A program made the translations under genes and the position numbers. This document shows positions 48,890 through 58,117 of a DNA stretch of 64,000 nt, in pieces. The stretch's first letter is position 1. The number at the start of each line of letters is the position of its first letter. The notes beneath the pieces are model-generated. The model was not told where the DNA came from. It saw nothing but the letters and a program-made list of their open reading frames with translations, and ran no database searches. Source of the DNA: Escherichia phage EPIMAM01; the sequence record PQ493298; one strand, written 5' to 3'.

Positions 48890-49417
48890 TTATGCGAGTA
48901 CCGTCTTTAACCGTTCTTCAAACTTCCGAAGAGTATTTTGGCGTTCAGCTCTTTGCTTTTTGTAAGTTTCAATACGCTCTGAAATGAGAGTGTATCGTTC
49001 ATTTACTGATTCTTTCATAAAATCAGGAATTTCACGAGAAGCTTTAATCTCGTCAAATTTATCAATAACAGCTTGCTCTTCAGCAATTAAGTTATCATAC
49101 ATTAAAATATCTTTCTTGATGAACTCAATATCTTCTTGAGTTACACGAGATAATTTAGATGCTTTATCCTTTTTGTACTGTTTGTTAGTATCACGAGACC
49201 AGTGTAATGTACGATTTTTATTCGTATTTTTGTAAATTTCTACAATACCGATCTCATCAATAATAACGATCCAATTCCAACGGGATTTGTAAATTTGTCC
49301 TCCATCAACAGTGATTTCACCTCCGATTGAGATGTCATTAAAGAACTTGCTTTGTGCCTCAGATTTAAATTTACCATCGTTGTAATTTACCAAGTTGAAA
49401 ATATCTTTAGCGTTCAT
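48890..49417 (-). CDS. hypothetical protein
   Basis: Track ORF 175 aa. Confidence 0.5.
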   Translation of the reverse strand: MNAKDIFNLVNYNDGKFKSEAQSKFFNDISIGGEITVDGGQIYKSRWNWIVIIDEIGIVEIYKNTNKNRTLHWSRDTNKQYKKDKASKLSRVTQEDIEFIKKDILMYDNLIAEEQAVIDKFDEIKASREIPDFMKESVNERYTLISERIETYKKQRAERQNTLRKFEERLKTVLA

Positions 49418-49446
49418 TTTGTGTTCCTCCGTAGTTGATAGTTGTA

Positions 49447-49476
49447 TAGTACCACAGAGGAACAGTCTTGTAAACC
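49447..49476 (-). promoter_or_regulatory. T4-type early promoter
   Basis: GTTTAC, 18 nt, TACTAT with conserved leader ACAACTATCAACT. Confidence 0.55.
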
Positions 49477-49477
49477 A

Positions 49478-49792
49478 CTAAAAGAAACTTCTTTCACAAT
49501 TTTTTCCACTGAACCATGCACTTACCGCTTTCTTGGTCTCAGGAGCAGTGTTATCCATAAACCATTCAAAGGCAGCCTTTTTATGATTCTGGAGGGCTTC
49601 TCGGGCTTTAATCTGCTCACGGTCTATTAACACTAACATATGAGCCTTTCTTGTCACCATGGGCTTCTTATGATTTTTTGAATACTCCCAGTCATTTGTC
49701 CATCGCATTGTCGTTGCGAACTGAAATACTGCTTCTTTAATTTTAGTTTCGTAAATTTCACGAGCCTTTGAGTATAACATCACTACCTCCAT
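49478..49792 (-). CDS. hypothetical protein
   Basis: Track ORF 104 aa; likely start at the second ATG (MLYSKA) behind a GGAGG SD. Confidence 0.5.
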   Translation of the reverse strand: MEVVMLYSKAREIYETKIKEAVFQFATTMRWTNDWEYSKNHKKPMVTRKAHMLVLIDREQIKAREALQNHKKAAFEWFMDNTAPETKKAVSAWFSGKNCERSFF

Positions 49793-49881
49793 TCACCAGT
49801 TTAATTCTAGTCATCTTTTTAATGGCAGTCCATATAATCTATTTCTGAACTGCCTTTTTGTCATAGAAGTCCTCTTATGAA

Positions 49882-50868
49882 TTATTTCAGAAGAGTAACC
49901 TCAGCAATTTCTTCCCAACCGTTTTTGTCGGTCATAATAAAGTCAGCAAGATAAAGAGCAGTACGCAGTGAAACATTGCGTAAACGATTAACATTAACTT
50001 TCATCCATGATAATGCTTTATAAGTTTCTTCATCAGAAAGACCGCGCTTTTGCATCATGTCAGTTGAAAGAATAACATCTTCAACCCTGACCATAATTTC
50101 TTCATTAGTGTGAACACCCAAATCTAAATAAACCGAGCGGGACACTAATGCTTGTAAATGTGGAGCAAGTTTAGTACCACGGTCTAATTCGCGGTCAATG
50201 TCAACGTTTGTGATAAAAACAATCGTTCCTTTAAATTCAAACTCACGCTCAATGCCTTTTTCTTCTAAGTAAGAAGACGCAGTGCTCCAGCAGACTTTAC
50301 GGGTCTCTCCAGTGTCCAGAGCGGCTTTTAGAAGATTAAGAATGTCCATATCAGAGAAAACATCCACATCATCAATTAAAAGGACAGAATTCTCTTCACG
50401 ATTATTCCAGAGCTGCTCATAAAGACCAATACCAGAGATTTTACCGTTAATGCTTTTATATTCAATGTATCCAATATCATTTGCTTTATTTAAAGCTTTA
50501 TCTAAAGAATACGTTTTACCAATACCTGCCGCACCAGAGATAATCAATGAACGAATATTTCCGTTAATAATACCATTCGTCATCATTCCCATAACATTAA
50601 ATCTTTTATTAATGCGGGTTTTCATATCTTCATATGATTCTTTAACTTCTTCAACTTTTACACCATCATATGAAATGTCTGATTTGTAAACCCAAACACC
50701 GCGACGTTTACCATCAATTTCAACAAAAACTTTACCATCTCCTTGTGCATCTACCGGAGCATTATCTGGGAACCATTCGCCTAAGAGCTCAAAAGTTCCA
50801 GAGATTTCTTTACCGAAGTAGATACCCTTATTGATAGTTACAGTTTTCATTTTATTCTCCAATTTCAC
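49882..50868 (-). CDS. putative AAA+/P-loop ATPase
   Basis: Track ORF 328 aa; Walker A GAAGIGKT and Walker B LLIDDVD. Confidence 0.55.
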   Translation of the reverse strand: MKLENKMKTVTINKGIYFGKEISGTFELLGEWFPDNAPVDAQGDGKVFVEIDGKRRGVWVYKSDISYDGVKVEEVKESYEDMKTRINKRFNVMGMMTNGIINGNIRSLIISGAAGIGKTYSLDKALNKANDIGYIEYKSINGKISGIGLYEQLWNNREENSVLLIDDVDVFSDMDILNLLKAALDTGETRKVCWSTASSYLEEKGIEREFEFKGTIVFITNVDIDRELDRGTKLAPHLQALVSRSVYLDLGVHTNEEIMVRVEDVILSTDMMQKRGLSDEETYKALSWMKVNVNRLRNVSLRTALYLADFIMTDKNGWEEIAEVTLLK

Positions 50869-50886
50869 ATTTGTTTTGATAGGGTA

Positions 50887-50917
50887 ATAGTATCACACTA
50901 CTACCCTTGCTGTAAAC
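50887..50917 (-). promoter_or_regulatory. T4-type early promoter
   Basis: GTTTAC, 19 nt, TACTAT; flanked by AGGGTA/TACCCT inverted repeat. Confidence 0.5.
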
Positions 50918-50920
50918 AAC

Positions 50921-51184
50921 TTATTTTAATGTTTGCCAAATTTTTACTGCTTCGCGACGAGATACTTCTACAGCTCCAAGTTCTACAGCTTTTTGGCGTC
51001 GCCGAGCGTGTAAGTCATAATGTTTAATGCGTTTATCTTGAAACCAAGAACGTTTCATTCCTATTGCTTCTGCCATTTCATGAAGCTCTTCAATATCTCC
51101 ATCAGTGAACATATGACAATTTTTAGTTGGATGACCGCGAAGTTTCCATCCATGATTCATTAAAACATCTACGTAAACTGTCAT
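50921..51184 (-). CDS. hypothetical protein
   Basis: Track ORF 87 aa. Confidence 0.5.
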   Translation of the reverse strand: MTVYVDVLMNHGWKLRGHPTKNCHMFTDGDIEELHEMAEAIGMKRSWFQDKRIKHYDLHARRRQKAVELGAVEVSRREAVKIWQTLK

Positions 51185-51330
51185 TGATTCTGCTCCAAAT
51201 ATGTTTCTATAATTTTCTGAGCGAGATAAACTGCGTTATCTTCAGTTGCATCTTCTAAGAAATTTTCAAAATAAGCTGAAATTTCTTCTGTGTCAATCAA
51301 CTTTTTTACTTCAATTAACGTAGTTTTCAT
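51181..51330 (-). CDS. small acidic hypothetical protein
   Basis: Track ORF 51181..51498 trimmed to internal ATG (MKTTLIEV) with GGGGA SD; the longer start runs through the promoter. Confidence 0.4.
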   Translation of the reverse strand: MKTTLIEVKKLIDTEEISAYFENFLEDATEDNAVYLAQKIIETYLEQNQ

Positions 51331-51364
51331 TTTATTCCCCAAATCCGTATCAGTTGATAGTTGT

Positions 51365-51394
51365 ATAGTACCATAAAGCTTTATGCTTGTAAAC
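51365..51394 (-). promoter_or_regulatory. T4-type early promoter with conserved leader
   Basis: GTTTAC, 18 nt, TACTAT; promoter-leader identical to 24541..24587. Confidence 0.6.
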
Positions 51395-51424
51395 CGTTTT
51401 GTGAAAAAATTTTGAAATAAAAAA

Positions 51425-51444
51425 AGGGAGCCCGAAGGCTCCCT
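51425..51444 (-). terminator. tetraloop hairpin ending the nucleotidyltransferase operon
   Basis: agggagcccgaaggctccct followed by a T run. Confidence 0.6.
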
Positions 51445-51445
51445 A

Positions 51446-52459
51446 TCATTTATAATAACTTCGATGGTTTTCAAGATAAACCCTCTCAAGGAAGTCATCC
51501 CAGAAACCCATGTCTACTTTTTGCTGCATACCGTTCTTAGAAGCTTCAATGGATGCTGCTTCTACTTGATCGACCACATCTTCCAAAAACTCTTGAACAG
51601 TTTTAAATGGATGTTTACCCAACTTCACGTCGAGAATAAATGGAGCATCTTGAAGTGGATAGACTAAGTCACCAGTTTTGTAAATTTCCAATAGTTGGAG
51701 TCCACCACGGCAAGCATGACTCAGAGCTTTCCAGTCAATGCCCTCATTAGCTTCGGCCTTACGAGCGCGTTCGCCGTATTCAGCATCAAGTTTATTCAAA
51801 GATTGCTTAAGCTCGATAAGAGAAAGCGTTGTTTGATATTTACGACCCAACACGGTGTAGAACGTTTGTGGGCCTGTTTTCTCATGATTATGGAATACCC
51901 ATTCACAGAATTCGTTCTCTGGAAGACGATGCTTAATATCTTCAACTTTAGTTCGACGCTGCTTAATGGAACCGTCTTCTTGGTAATCAACCCATTGCTC
52001 AGGGATTTGATTAACTACTTTCAATACATCACGTAATGCGGCCAAACGAGAACCCTTAACACCGTATTTAGAAGCTTGCTTGCGAACATATCCTAAATAG
52101 GATTTCATGTTAGTCGTATAAAAACGAGAACGATTGTCTTGAATAAACTTCCATACATCAGGCAAATCAGATTTAACCACTAGTTCCGGTGGAGTGTGGA
52201 GCATATCCAATGCTACAGTTTCACCATCTGCAGCTAATTTAAAGAAATACTTAAGACTATATAGTTCATGGTCAATATCATCTTTAGTGTTTTTAGATGA
52301 TGTGTTGTTAGTGTTTTTACTCATATGCTCTTTAACATTTCCGATAAGAATATCACGAGCAGGAGGAACAAAGATTTCTTTAAAATCTACATCAGATTCT
52401 GGAGTAGAAGTTCCATAAAGATGACTACCAAAATAGCTTTTCATTACTGTTTTCATCAT
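51446..52459 (-). CDS. putative Pol-beta-superfamily nucleotidyltransferase
   Basis: Track ORF 337 aa; N-terminal GS-x10-DVD motif (YFGSHLYGTSTPESDVDF) and a downstream acidic residue (VALDMLH). Confidence 0.55.
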   Translation of the reverse strand: MMKTVMKSYFGSHLYGTSTPESDVDFKEIFVPPARDILIGNVKEHMSKNTNNTSSKNTKDDIDHELYSLKYFFKLAADGETVALDMLHTPPELVVKSDLPDVWKFIQDNRSRFYTTNMKSYLGYVRKQASKYGVKGSRLAALRDVLKVVNQIPEQWVDYQEDGSIKQRRTKVEDIKHRLPENEFCEWVFHNHEKTGPQTFYTVLGRKYQTTLSLIELKQSLNKLDAEYGERARKAEANEGIDWKALSHACRGGLQLLEIYKTGDLVYPLQDAPFILDVKLGKHPFKTVQEFLEDVVDQVEAASIEASKNGMQQKVDMGFWDDFLERVYLENHRSYYK

Positions 52460-52917
52460 TCAGCCTTATATTCAATAACAGGACATACTTTAGCTTTACG
52501 CGCTTTTAAAAATTCGACGATAATAGATTTCTTGGGTTGAATAGGAGGTAAACCTTTATACGCCCTATCAATATTTTCTACATGTAAAGCATAATCCTTT
52601 TTCCATTTATAATCTTTATATTTTTCATGCAGTTGTGCAGGAATAACAAATGAACCAATAATAAGTAAAACAAGCAAAATGGCAAATATAAATGCTGATG
52701 GAATAAGAGTCCATAAACTACCAAAAATAATCCATTTCTGTATGATTTCTGCGCAGATGATAGTTAGACCTGTGAGTATAGTACATCCGAAAAAAGAAAC
52801 GAAAAATGTAGGGATAACAATAGACCAAAAGTATGCACACAGTGTCTTAGGTCGTTTCCATTCGTCGTTAAACAGTTTGAATAATTTATAGTGCCAAGAG
52901 TTTTCATTAATAATCAT
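52456..52917 (-). CDS. multi-pass membrane protein
   Basis: Track ORF 153 aa; three hydrophobic helices; ATGA overlap with the downstream NTase gene. Confidence 0.5.
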   Translation of the reverse strand: MIINENSWHYKLFKLFNDEWKRPKTLCAYFWSIVIPTFFVSFFGCTILTGLTIICAEIIQKWIIFGSLWTLIPSAFIFAILLVLLIIGSFVIPAQLHEKYKDYKWKKDYALHVENIDRAYKGLPPIQPKKSIIVEFLKARKAKVCPVIEYKAE

Positions 52918-52919
52918 AA

Positions 52920-53441
52920 TTATCCTTTCATTGAAGGTGTAACAGTTGTTAAATACTTAATCATAGCTTCAGCTTCTGATTTTGATAATGAAATTTCTCC
53001 ATTGTTTTGACGAATAGAAATAAAATCCGGATGACGGTCACCACCAGCTTTTAAAATACACATATAAGTATCAGTTTCATCTTCAATATCTGAAATGATT
53101 GAAGCAGTTCCACATGAATGTGGTTTTTGATAAATCAATGCAGCTTTTCTTCCACCGTTTGACTGTTCATAAACTTTTAACACATCAAACAAATCGCTTC
53201 TTTTATCAATAGCTAAGATGTTGTTTTCATCTTCAATGTTAAATCCTTCGGATACTTCATAAAGTGTCACCCATAAATCACCTATATCGATAGTAGCATT
53301 TCCTTTTCCACGACTTTCAAGAGCATGACAAATTTTCTTGATTTCATCATAACTCATTTTAATAATATCATCTCCTTGAATAAGAAAGATGTCATTTTTA
53401 AATTCAACACGAATTAAACCGCTTTCACTTGAAATAAACAT
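52920..53441 (-). CDS. hypothetical protein, paralogue of 53448..54005
   Basis: Track ORF 173 aa; shared C-terminal motif SKSEAEAMIKYLTTVTPSM. Confidence 0.5.
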   Translation of the reverse strand: MFISSESGLIRVEFKNDIFLIQGDDIIKMSYDEIKKICHALESRGKGNATIDIGDLWVTLYEVSEGFNIEDENNILAIDKRSDLFDVLKVYEQSNGGRKAALIYQKPHSCGTASIISDIEDETDTYMCILKAGGDRHPDFISIRQNNGEISLSKSEAEAMIKYLTTVTPSMKG

Positions 53442-53447
53442 ATTTCC

Positions 53448-54005
53448 TCACTTTGAAATCATAGTTGGAATGACAGAATCAAGATAAGTCTTTAGCGCAA
53501 TAGCTTCGTCTTTGGTAAATGTGACAATATGTGATCGAAAATCATCAATTTGACGAATAGTTAAGACATCTCCATCTTCATAACATTTTGATACATTTAA
53601 AACAGTTTCATCATTTTGATTGCAAGCGTTAGTAATAATAGCATTGCAATTTTTGAGCCATTTTAAACTATGTTTTCTTTCATTAGAATAATAAAAATAT
53701 TTAATCTTATCTATAAAACTATCCCAATGGATAACTGATAAACACATTGACTCACTTTTAATATTAAATCCTGGGCATGAAGAATAAAAATGAATTTTGT
53801 GCTCATCATTGATGCTTACTATTTTATCAGTATAAGGATATTCAATTTGGGTTAAATGAATGATTTCGCTAGGAGTAAAATATAGCATATCATCTTCTTG
53901 CGTCAAACAATACATATTATTTACTTTTTCTATAGCCAATTCGCCAAAAAGCGGACTAACTTCTAATACTAATCGTTTCATATTGATTCTCTTCGACTCA
54001 CTCAC
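53448..54005 (-). CDS. hypothetical protein, paralogue of 52920..53441
   Basis: Track ORF 185 aa; GTG or internal ATG start; C-terminal motif TKDEAIALKTYLDSVIPTM. Confidence 0.5.
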   Translation of the reverse strand: MSESKRINMKRLVLEVSPLFGELAIEKVNNMYCLTQEDDMLYFTPSEIIHLTQIEYPYTDKIVSINDEHKIHFYSSCPGFNIKSESMCLSVIHWDSFIDKIKYFYYSNERKHSLKWLKNCNAIITNACNQNDETVLNVSKCYEDGDVLTIRQIDDFRSHIVTFTKDEAIALKTYLDSVIPTMISK

Positions 54006-54141
54006 AATTACATACTCCTTTGAATAATATCAATAATGTTGTTCACCAGATTATAAGTAAACATTGGATAATTATATTGAATCATCACATACACAACAAA
54101 CAAAACTTTCATTCTCTTCTCCTTGGCAGTTGACAAGATTA

Positions 54142-54171
54142 CTATATCATAACCTTGCCAACTTGTAAACC
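54142..54171 (-). promoter_or_regulatory. T4-type early promoter for the nucleotidyltransferase operon
   Basis: GTTTAC, 18 nt, TATAGT. Confidence 0.5.
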
Positions 54172-54173
54172 AT

Positions 54174-54347
54174 TAAATGACGTTTTCAATAAAATTCTGA
54201 AGCTTTGTGTGAGCATCAACCATGATTTTCATTTCTTCCTTTGCGAAAGCTGTACCTCTTTCTCGAGCAGAATACTCATAGTCAGAAACTGCATTAGCAT
54301 ATTCTTCAATTAGCTTCATTAAAAACATCTGCTTTTCAGTTTTCATT
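54174..54347 (-). CDS. candidate small protein
   Basis: 57-aa ORF below track cutoff; its ATG overlaps the stop of the upstream ORF. Confidence 0.35.
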
Positions 54348-54530
54348 ATTCCACCTAATCATTTCAAGATATTGAACTAACTTAGCTTTGGATTTATCCA
54401 AATCCTTTTTAGCTGCTTCTATACCATCGTATGAGTATCCTTCACAATGCTCAACTGCTAATTGATATGAATCTATTTCAACATCACGTGCTAATTTAAT
54501 AATTTTTTCAAACTGTTCACATGTTAGCAT
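54336..54530 (-). CDS. small hypothetical protein
   Basis: Track ORF 64 aa. Confidence 0.4.
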   Translation of the reverse strand: MLTCEQFEKIIKLARDVEIDSYQLAVEHCEGYSYDGIEAAKKDLDKSKAKLVQYLEMIRWNNEN

Positions 54531-54532
54531 AC

Positions 54533-54772
54533 TTAAACTCTCGTATTATGATCGATAATTTCATCAAGAAACATATCTAAAGCTTCTACAGCATTATCAA
54601 CTTTAGCTTCAAATTTTTCAATACCTTTATTTGCAATGCCTGCCGAAAACCAAGCAAAGTCACTAAGTTCCTCATCTGCTTTGCGAATTAAAGCTACCAA
54701 TTCTTTAATTTTATCTGCTTGTTCAATTCTAGTCATTATTCCACCACATATGAAAGAGAGAATATTGCACAC
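54533..54772 (-). CDS. small hypothetical protein
   Basis: Track ORF 79 aa. Confidence 0.4.
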   Translation of the reverse strand: MCNILSFICGGIMTRIEQADKIKELVALIRKADEELSDFAWFSAGIANKGIEKFEAKVDNAVEALDMFLDEIIDHNTRV

Positions 54773-54969
54773 GCCATATGAGTTGCAGCTTCATCACACA
54801 TATCATAACGTTTCTTAAGAAGTTCTACAAGTTCTTCACTAGTAACTTCATCCATGTCGACGAAAAAATCACCATTAATGATGACGTAGATATTTCCTTC
54901 TTGATTAAGTGCTTCAATTTTCATGATGTTCTCCTCTTTATCCGATAGTTGTATAGTATCACAGCTCAA
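54736..54969 (-). CDS. small hypothetical protein
   Basis: Track ORF 77 aa. Confidence 0.4.
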   Translation of the reverse strand: MSCDTIQLSDKEENIMKIEALNQEGNIYVIINGDFFVDMDEVTSEELVELLKKRYDMCDEAATHMACAIFSLSYVVE

Positions 54970-54982
54970 ATGGAAAGTAAAC
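54953..54982 (-). promoter_or_regulatory. T4-type early promoter
   Basis: GTTTAC, 18 nt, TACTAT. Confidence 0.55.
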
Positions 54983-54997
54983 CGGTAAAATGAAAAA

Positions 54998-55015
54998 AGT
55001 CTCCCGAAGGAGACT
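54998..55015 (-). terminator. tetraloop hairpin
   Basis: agtctcccgaaggagact immediately upstream of the promoter. Confidence 0.55.
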
Positions 55016-55019
55016 AATG

Positions 55020-55406
55020 TTATTCGAGGGAAAGAAGATATTTGCTCTGGTAAAACATCCCAGTAATATCATCTATCGTGCTTTGAATGGCTGGAGGCAT
55101 TTCTTTATAAATGCTGTTAGATTGATCTAGTATGTGATCAATCATTTTAATTGTATCGGTAGGAAGTTTACTGGCGTCTGGAATAGAAGGCGTGTATTTT
55201 CTACCAGAATACCCTAAATATTGCTCACCAAATTTATCAATCAAATCTGGCAATTCAGAGAAAATAAAATCGTATGCTTTGTGTCTAGCATAACTTTTAG
55301 TTTCAAAATGTGCAGAATGAAAATAAGCTTGTGCAGCCATTAATAAACCTAAGTATTCATCTGCCTTTGAAGGTTTTCCACTTTGTGAAAAGTCGCTGAA
55401 TTTCAT
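55020..55406 (-). CDS. hypothetical protein (rI.-1 position)
   Basis: Track ORF 128 aa. Confidence 0.5.
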   Translation of the reverse strand: MKFSDFSQSGKPSKADEYLGLLMAAQAYFHSAHFETKSYARHKAYDFIFSELPDLIDKFGEQYLGYSGRKYTPSIPDASKLPTDTIKMIDHILDQSNSIYKEMPPAIQSTIDDITGMFYQSKYLLSLE

Positions 55407-55696
55407 TCAGTCTCCAATTTAATGTTCATAATTCTAGCGTATGATTGTGCCATCTCCGCGCCTCGCTCTATACATTCAAAATCGGAAGAGCACGGGTCAT
55501 TTTTATAAGTCGTTCGCATAAAACTATAGAACTGTTCAGATGATTCTACGCTTTTATTTTCAAAAAGCATATAAACGTGTCTAATACCAGATTCCATAAA
55601 TTTATCAAAATGAGGATCGACATTCGCTTCAATTGGTGGAGATAAAGCAAACGCTAATCCTAGCATGGCAAATAGTGCCGTTGCTTTTAAGGCCAT
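55403..55696 (-). CDS. rI: lysis inhibition regulator RI
   Basis: Track ORF 97 aa; N-terminal signal-anchor; matches T4 RI from memory. Confidence 0.75.
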   Translation of the reverse strand: MALKATALFAMLGLAFALSPPIEANVDPHFDKFMESGIRHVYMLFENKSVESSEQFYSFMRTTYKNDPCSSDFECIERGAEMAQSYARIMNIKLETE

Positions 55697-55708
55697 AAAG
55701 GCCTCCTA

Positions 55709-55921
55709 TCATTTTTGTCCTGTATTTACTTTATGCCGATACACGGCCTTAACTTTATCAAGGTATTTTTCAAAATTTCGCAATCTAGTATAGTCTGCCG
55801 GAGATTGGTTGAGTGATACTTCTCGACGCAAAGCTGAAATGATATTTCCAACTTCCCTACGAATTTCATCTAATTGAAGAACAGTAAGATTGCGAAGTTG
55901 CTTTTCAGTTAATTGTAGCAT
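55709..55921 (-). CDS. small hypothetical protein
   Basis: Track ORF 70 aa. Confidence 0.45.
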   Translation of the reverse strand: MLQLTEKQLRNLTVLQLDEIRREVGNIISALRREVSLNQSPADYTRLRNFEKYLDKVKAVYRHKVNTGQK

Positions 55922-55963
55922 ATATACCCCTTTAGTTAGATAAACCTATTTATAACTTTTGCA

Positions 55964-56545
55964 CTAACCGAGCTTTTTAGTTAATTCATTCCAATGTTTT
56001 CTACACAAAGAAACATAAATTTCATCACCAATACAGATTTGATTACCTTCTTTAACTGGTGTTCCATCTTCCATTAATCGAGCTGTCATAATAGCCTTTT
56101 TACCACAATGACAAACTGCCTTTAGTTCAATAAGTTTATCTGCAATCGCCAAAAGTTCTTTAGAACCTTCAAATAATTTTCCAGCGAAATCAGTCCTTAG
56201 TCCATAAGCCATAACAGGAACATTATATGTATCAACAATTCGGCTTAATTGATGCACCTGTTCAGTTTTTAAAAACTGGGCTTCATCTACAAATACACAA
56301 TGAATATCTTTTTGTGCTTCAGCCCATTTATAGAACTCAAAAATATCCATATCATCCGTAATAATATTCGCTTCCTGCTTAATTCCAATGCGAGAAACGA
56401 CTTCACAGACAGAATCACGAGTATCAATAGCAGGCTTAAGAACTAATACACCCATTCCGCGTTCTTTATAATTATGTGCAGCAGTCAAAAGAGAAGCAGA
56501 TTTTCCAGCATTCATTGCTGCGTAAGTAAAAATTAAACTCGCCAT
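55964..56545 (-). CDS. tk: thymidine kinase
   Basis: Track ORF 193 aa; P-loop AAMNAGKS and C-terminal Zn-binding cysteines. Confidence 0.92.
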   Translation of the reverse strand: MASLIFTYAAMNAGKSASLLTAAHNYKERGMGVLVLKPAIDTRDSVCEVVSRIGIKQEANIITDDMDIFEFYKWAEAQKDIHCVFVDEAQFLKTEQVHQLSRIVDTYNVPVMAYGLRTDFAGKLFEGSKELLAIADKLIELKAVCHCGKKAIMTARLMEDGTPVKEGNQICIGDEIYVSLCRKHWNELTKKLG

Positions 56546-56554
56546 ATCACCTTC

Positions 56555-56740
56555 TTAAAGCGTATTCACATAAGCTATTAATTCGTTTTCTTTCTTATCA
56601 AACCGATCAGCAAATTCTTCTTGCTGATCGGGAGATAGCGGGCCGTATTCATCATAAAAGGTGTTTGCTTCTGTATGCTCATCTAGAAGTTCATGGATAA
56701 GCTCAAACAATTTATCTTTTTGTTCTTTACTCAGACTCAT
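56555..56740 (-). CDS. small acidic hypothetical protein
   Basis: Track ORF 61 aa. Confidence 0.45.
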   Translation of the reverse strand: MSLSKEQKDKLFELIHELLDEHTEANTFYDEYGPLSPDQQEEFADRFDKKENELIAYVNTL

Positions 56741-56906
56741 ATATTAATTTCCAGGAGTTTTAAAATAATTCGCTTTTGCTTAAATATTTCCATAGTTAAA
56801 TGACCAGTATCTTTTTGACCGATTCCAATGGCAAAACCTTTATTGACAGCGAGTTCAATTAAATTATCAAGCTCACGTAACACTTCATATTGTAACTCAA
56901 AACTAT

Positions 56907-57134
56907 TCATTTCGGTTTACCTTCTTTAACGAAATCGGGATAAGGATAAAATCCTGAATAAAATCCTTCACCTTTATGATTGATGCATCCTTTATTAGAA
57001 CAATAGCACCAATAATCGAAATCACAAGCCATTTCATCATTACATAAAGCAAAAACAACTGGCCATTCACACTTTTCGCAGTGGGCATTTTTAAGAATAC
57101 TTGTTTGGCTCATAACCATGTAACCTTTAAACAA
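56907..57134 (-). CDS. small Cys-rich (putative Zn-binding) protein
   Basis: Track ORF 75 aa with 8 Cys; likely start at internal ATG; preferred over the overlapping 56903..57088 frame. Confidence 0.4.
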   Translation of the reverse strand: MFKGYMVMSQTSILKNAHCEKCEWPVVFALCNDEMACDFDYWCYCSNKGCINHKGEGFYSGFYPYPDFVKEGKPK

Positions 57135-57322
57135 TATTCTTCTACGTGTTGTTTACGACCTTTCTTATCAATAAAGGTATATTCAACGAATGTTCCAATA
57201 TAGTCTTTATCTACACCATGTGGACTATTAATTGGGCATTTAGTACGGCAAATGCGTTCCCATTGACAAATAATTTCCACTTTGTTTTTAGGATCAAACG
57301 GATGCGGGTAATGTACTTTCAT
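57110..57322 (-). CDS. small hypothetical protein
   Basis: Track ORF 70 aa. Confidence 0.45.
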   Translation of the reverse strand: MKVHYPHPFDPKNKVEIICQWERICRTKCPINSPHGVDKDYIGTFVEYTFIDKKGRKQHVEEYCLKVTWL

Positions 57323-57773
57323 AATCCACCACTATTAAATCAATATCAGGAGTAAACATGTCGATTAATTTAGAAACCTTATCCCAATCGCCGCCAGCAA
57401 TACCGCAACCTATACGTGGAATGTAAATTACTGGTTTAAACAAAAGGGTTTCTGCCTGTAGATTTAATTCTATCATGCAGTTTACTAAAGCACCATAATC
57501 AAGATTAGGACCCGGTTCGTATTGCGTATACAGGTTATAGCATATACCAAATCCCGTAGGACTATGTTTAAAAACAATAGACATATCGCCTAATTTATCA
57601 CGAGAACCGTACTCGGTAGTGGTTTTATCTATTTCTAAAATTTTGGGATAGGCTCTTGCTAATTGACCCGCTACGCCAGAGCCCATTGTGTGGAAGCAAT
57701 TGCACCCGTGCGCAATAATATTACCTTGAAGAAATAGGGCGACAATATCGCCCTTGATATATTTTACAATCAT
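57294..57773 (-). CDS. macro-domain protein (ADP-ribose binding or hydrolase fold)
   Basis: Track ORF 159 aa; GDIV...NIIAHGCNC...MGSGVAGQLA and IPRIGCGIAGG resemble macro-domain motifs. Confidence 0.55.
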   Translation of the reverse strand: MIVKYIKGDIVALFLQGNIIAHGCNCFHTMGSGVAGQLARAYPKILEIDKTTTEYGSRDKLGDMSIVFKHSPTGFGICYNLYTQYEPGPNLDYGALVNCMIELNLQAETLLFKPVIYIPRIGCGIAGGDWDKVSKLIDMFTPDIDLIVVDYESTLPASV

Positions 57774-58117
57774 CTAGTACTCAATCCTCGATTATAAGAA
57801 TCTACTAAACGGTCAACCATTGAATGACAAGCGGCTTTATCTTTCTCCTCCGCAACTGAACATTCTAAGGTATTCCACTTTTTAGCATATCGTTTTAACA
57901 ATGTATCATTTTTATATCTGCTTGATTTATCTCTTTCTCCATCTTTATATGCATATATTAATTTCTGCGCAAATTCAGCTTGGCATGCTTTATTTTTTCC
58001 GCAATAATCCGCGGCAGTACGGTTTACATACTCTCTAATTTCAGTATATGATGTATCTGCTAACGCAGAAGCAGAAAATGAAATTAATCCTATACATAAA
58101 ACCAAAATTTTAGTCAT
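57770..58117 (-). CDS. secreted or periplasmic Cys-containing protein
   Basis: Track ORF 115 aa; cleavable signal peptide. Confidence 0.5.
   Translation of the reverse strand: MTKILVLCIGLISFSASALADTSYTEIREYVNRTAADYCGKNKACQAEFAQKLIYAYKDGERDKSSRYKNDTLLKRYAKKWNTLECSVAEEKDKAACHSMVDRLVDSYNRGLSTR

Noticed and set aside
56903-57088. Track ORF 56903..57088 (61 aa, hydrophobic)
   Set aside because: It overlaps the Cys-rich 56907..57134 ORF in a different frame; only one can be real and the Cys-rich frame looks more protein-like. This remains uncertain.
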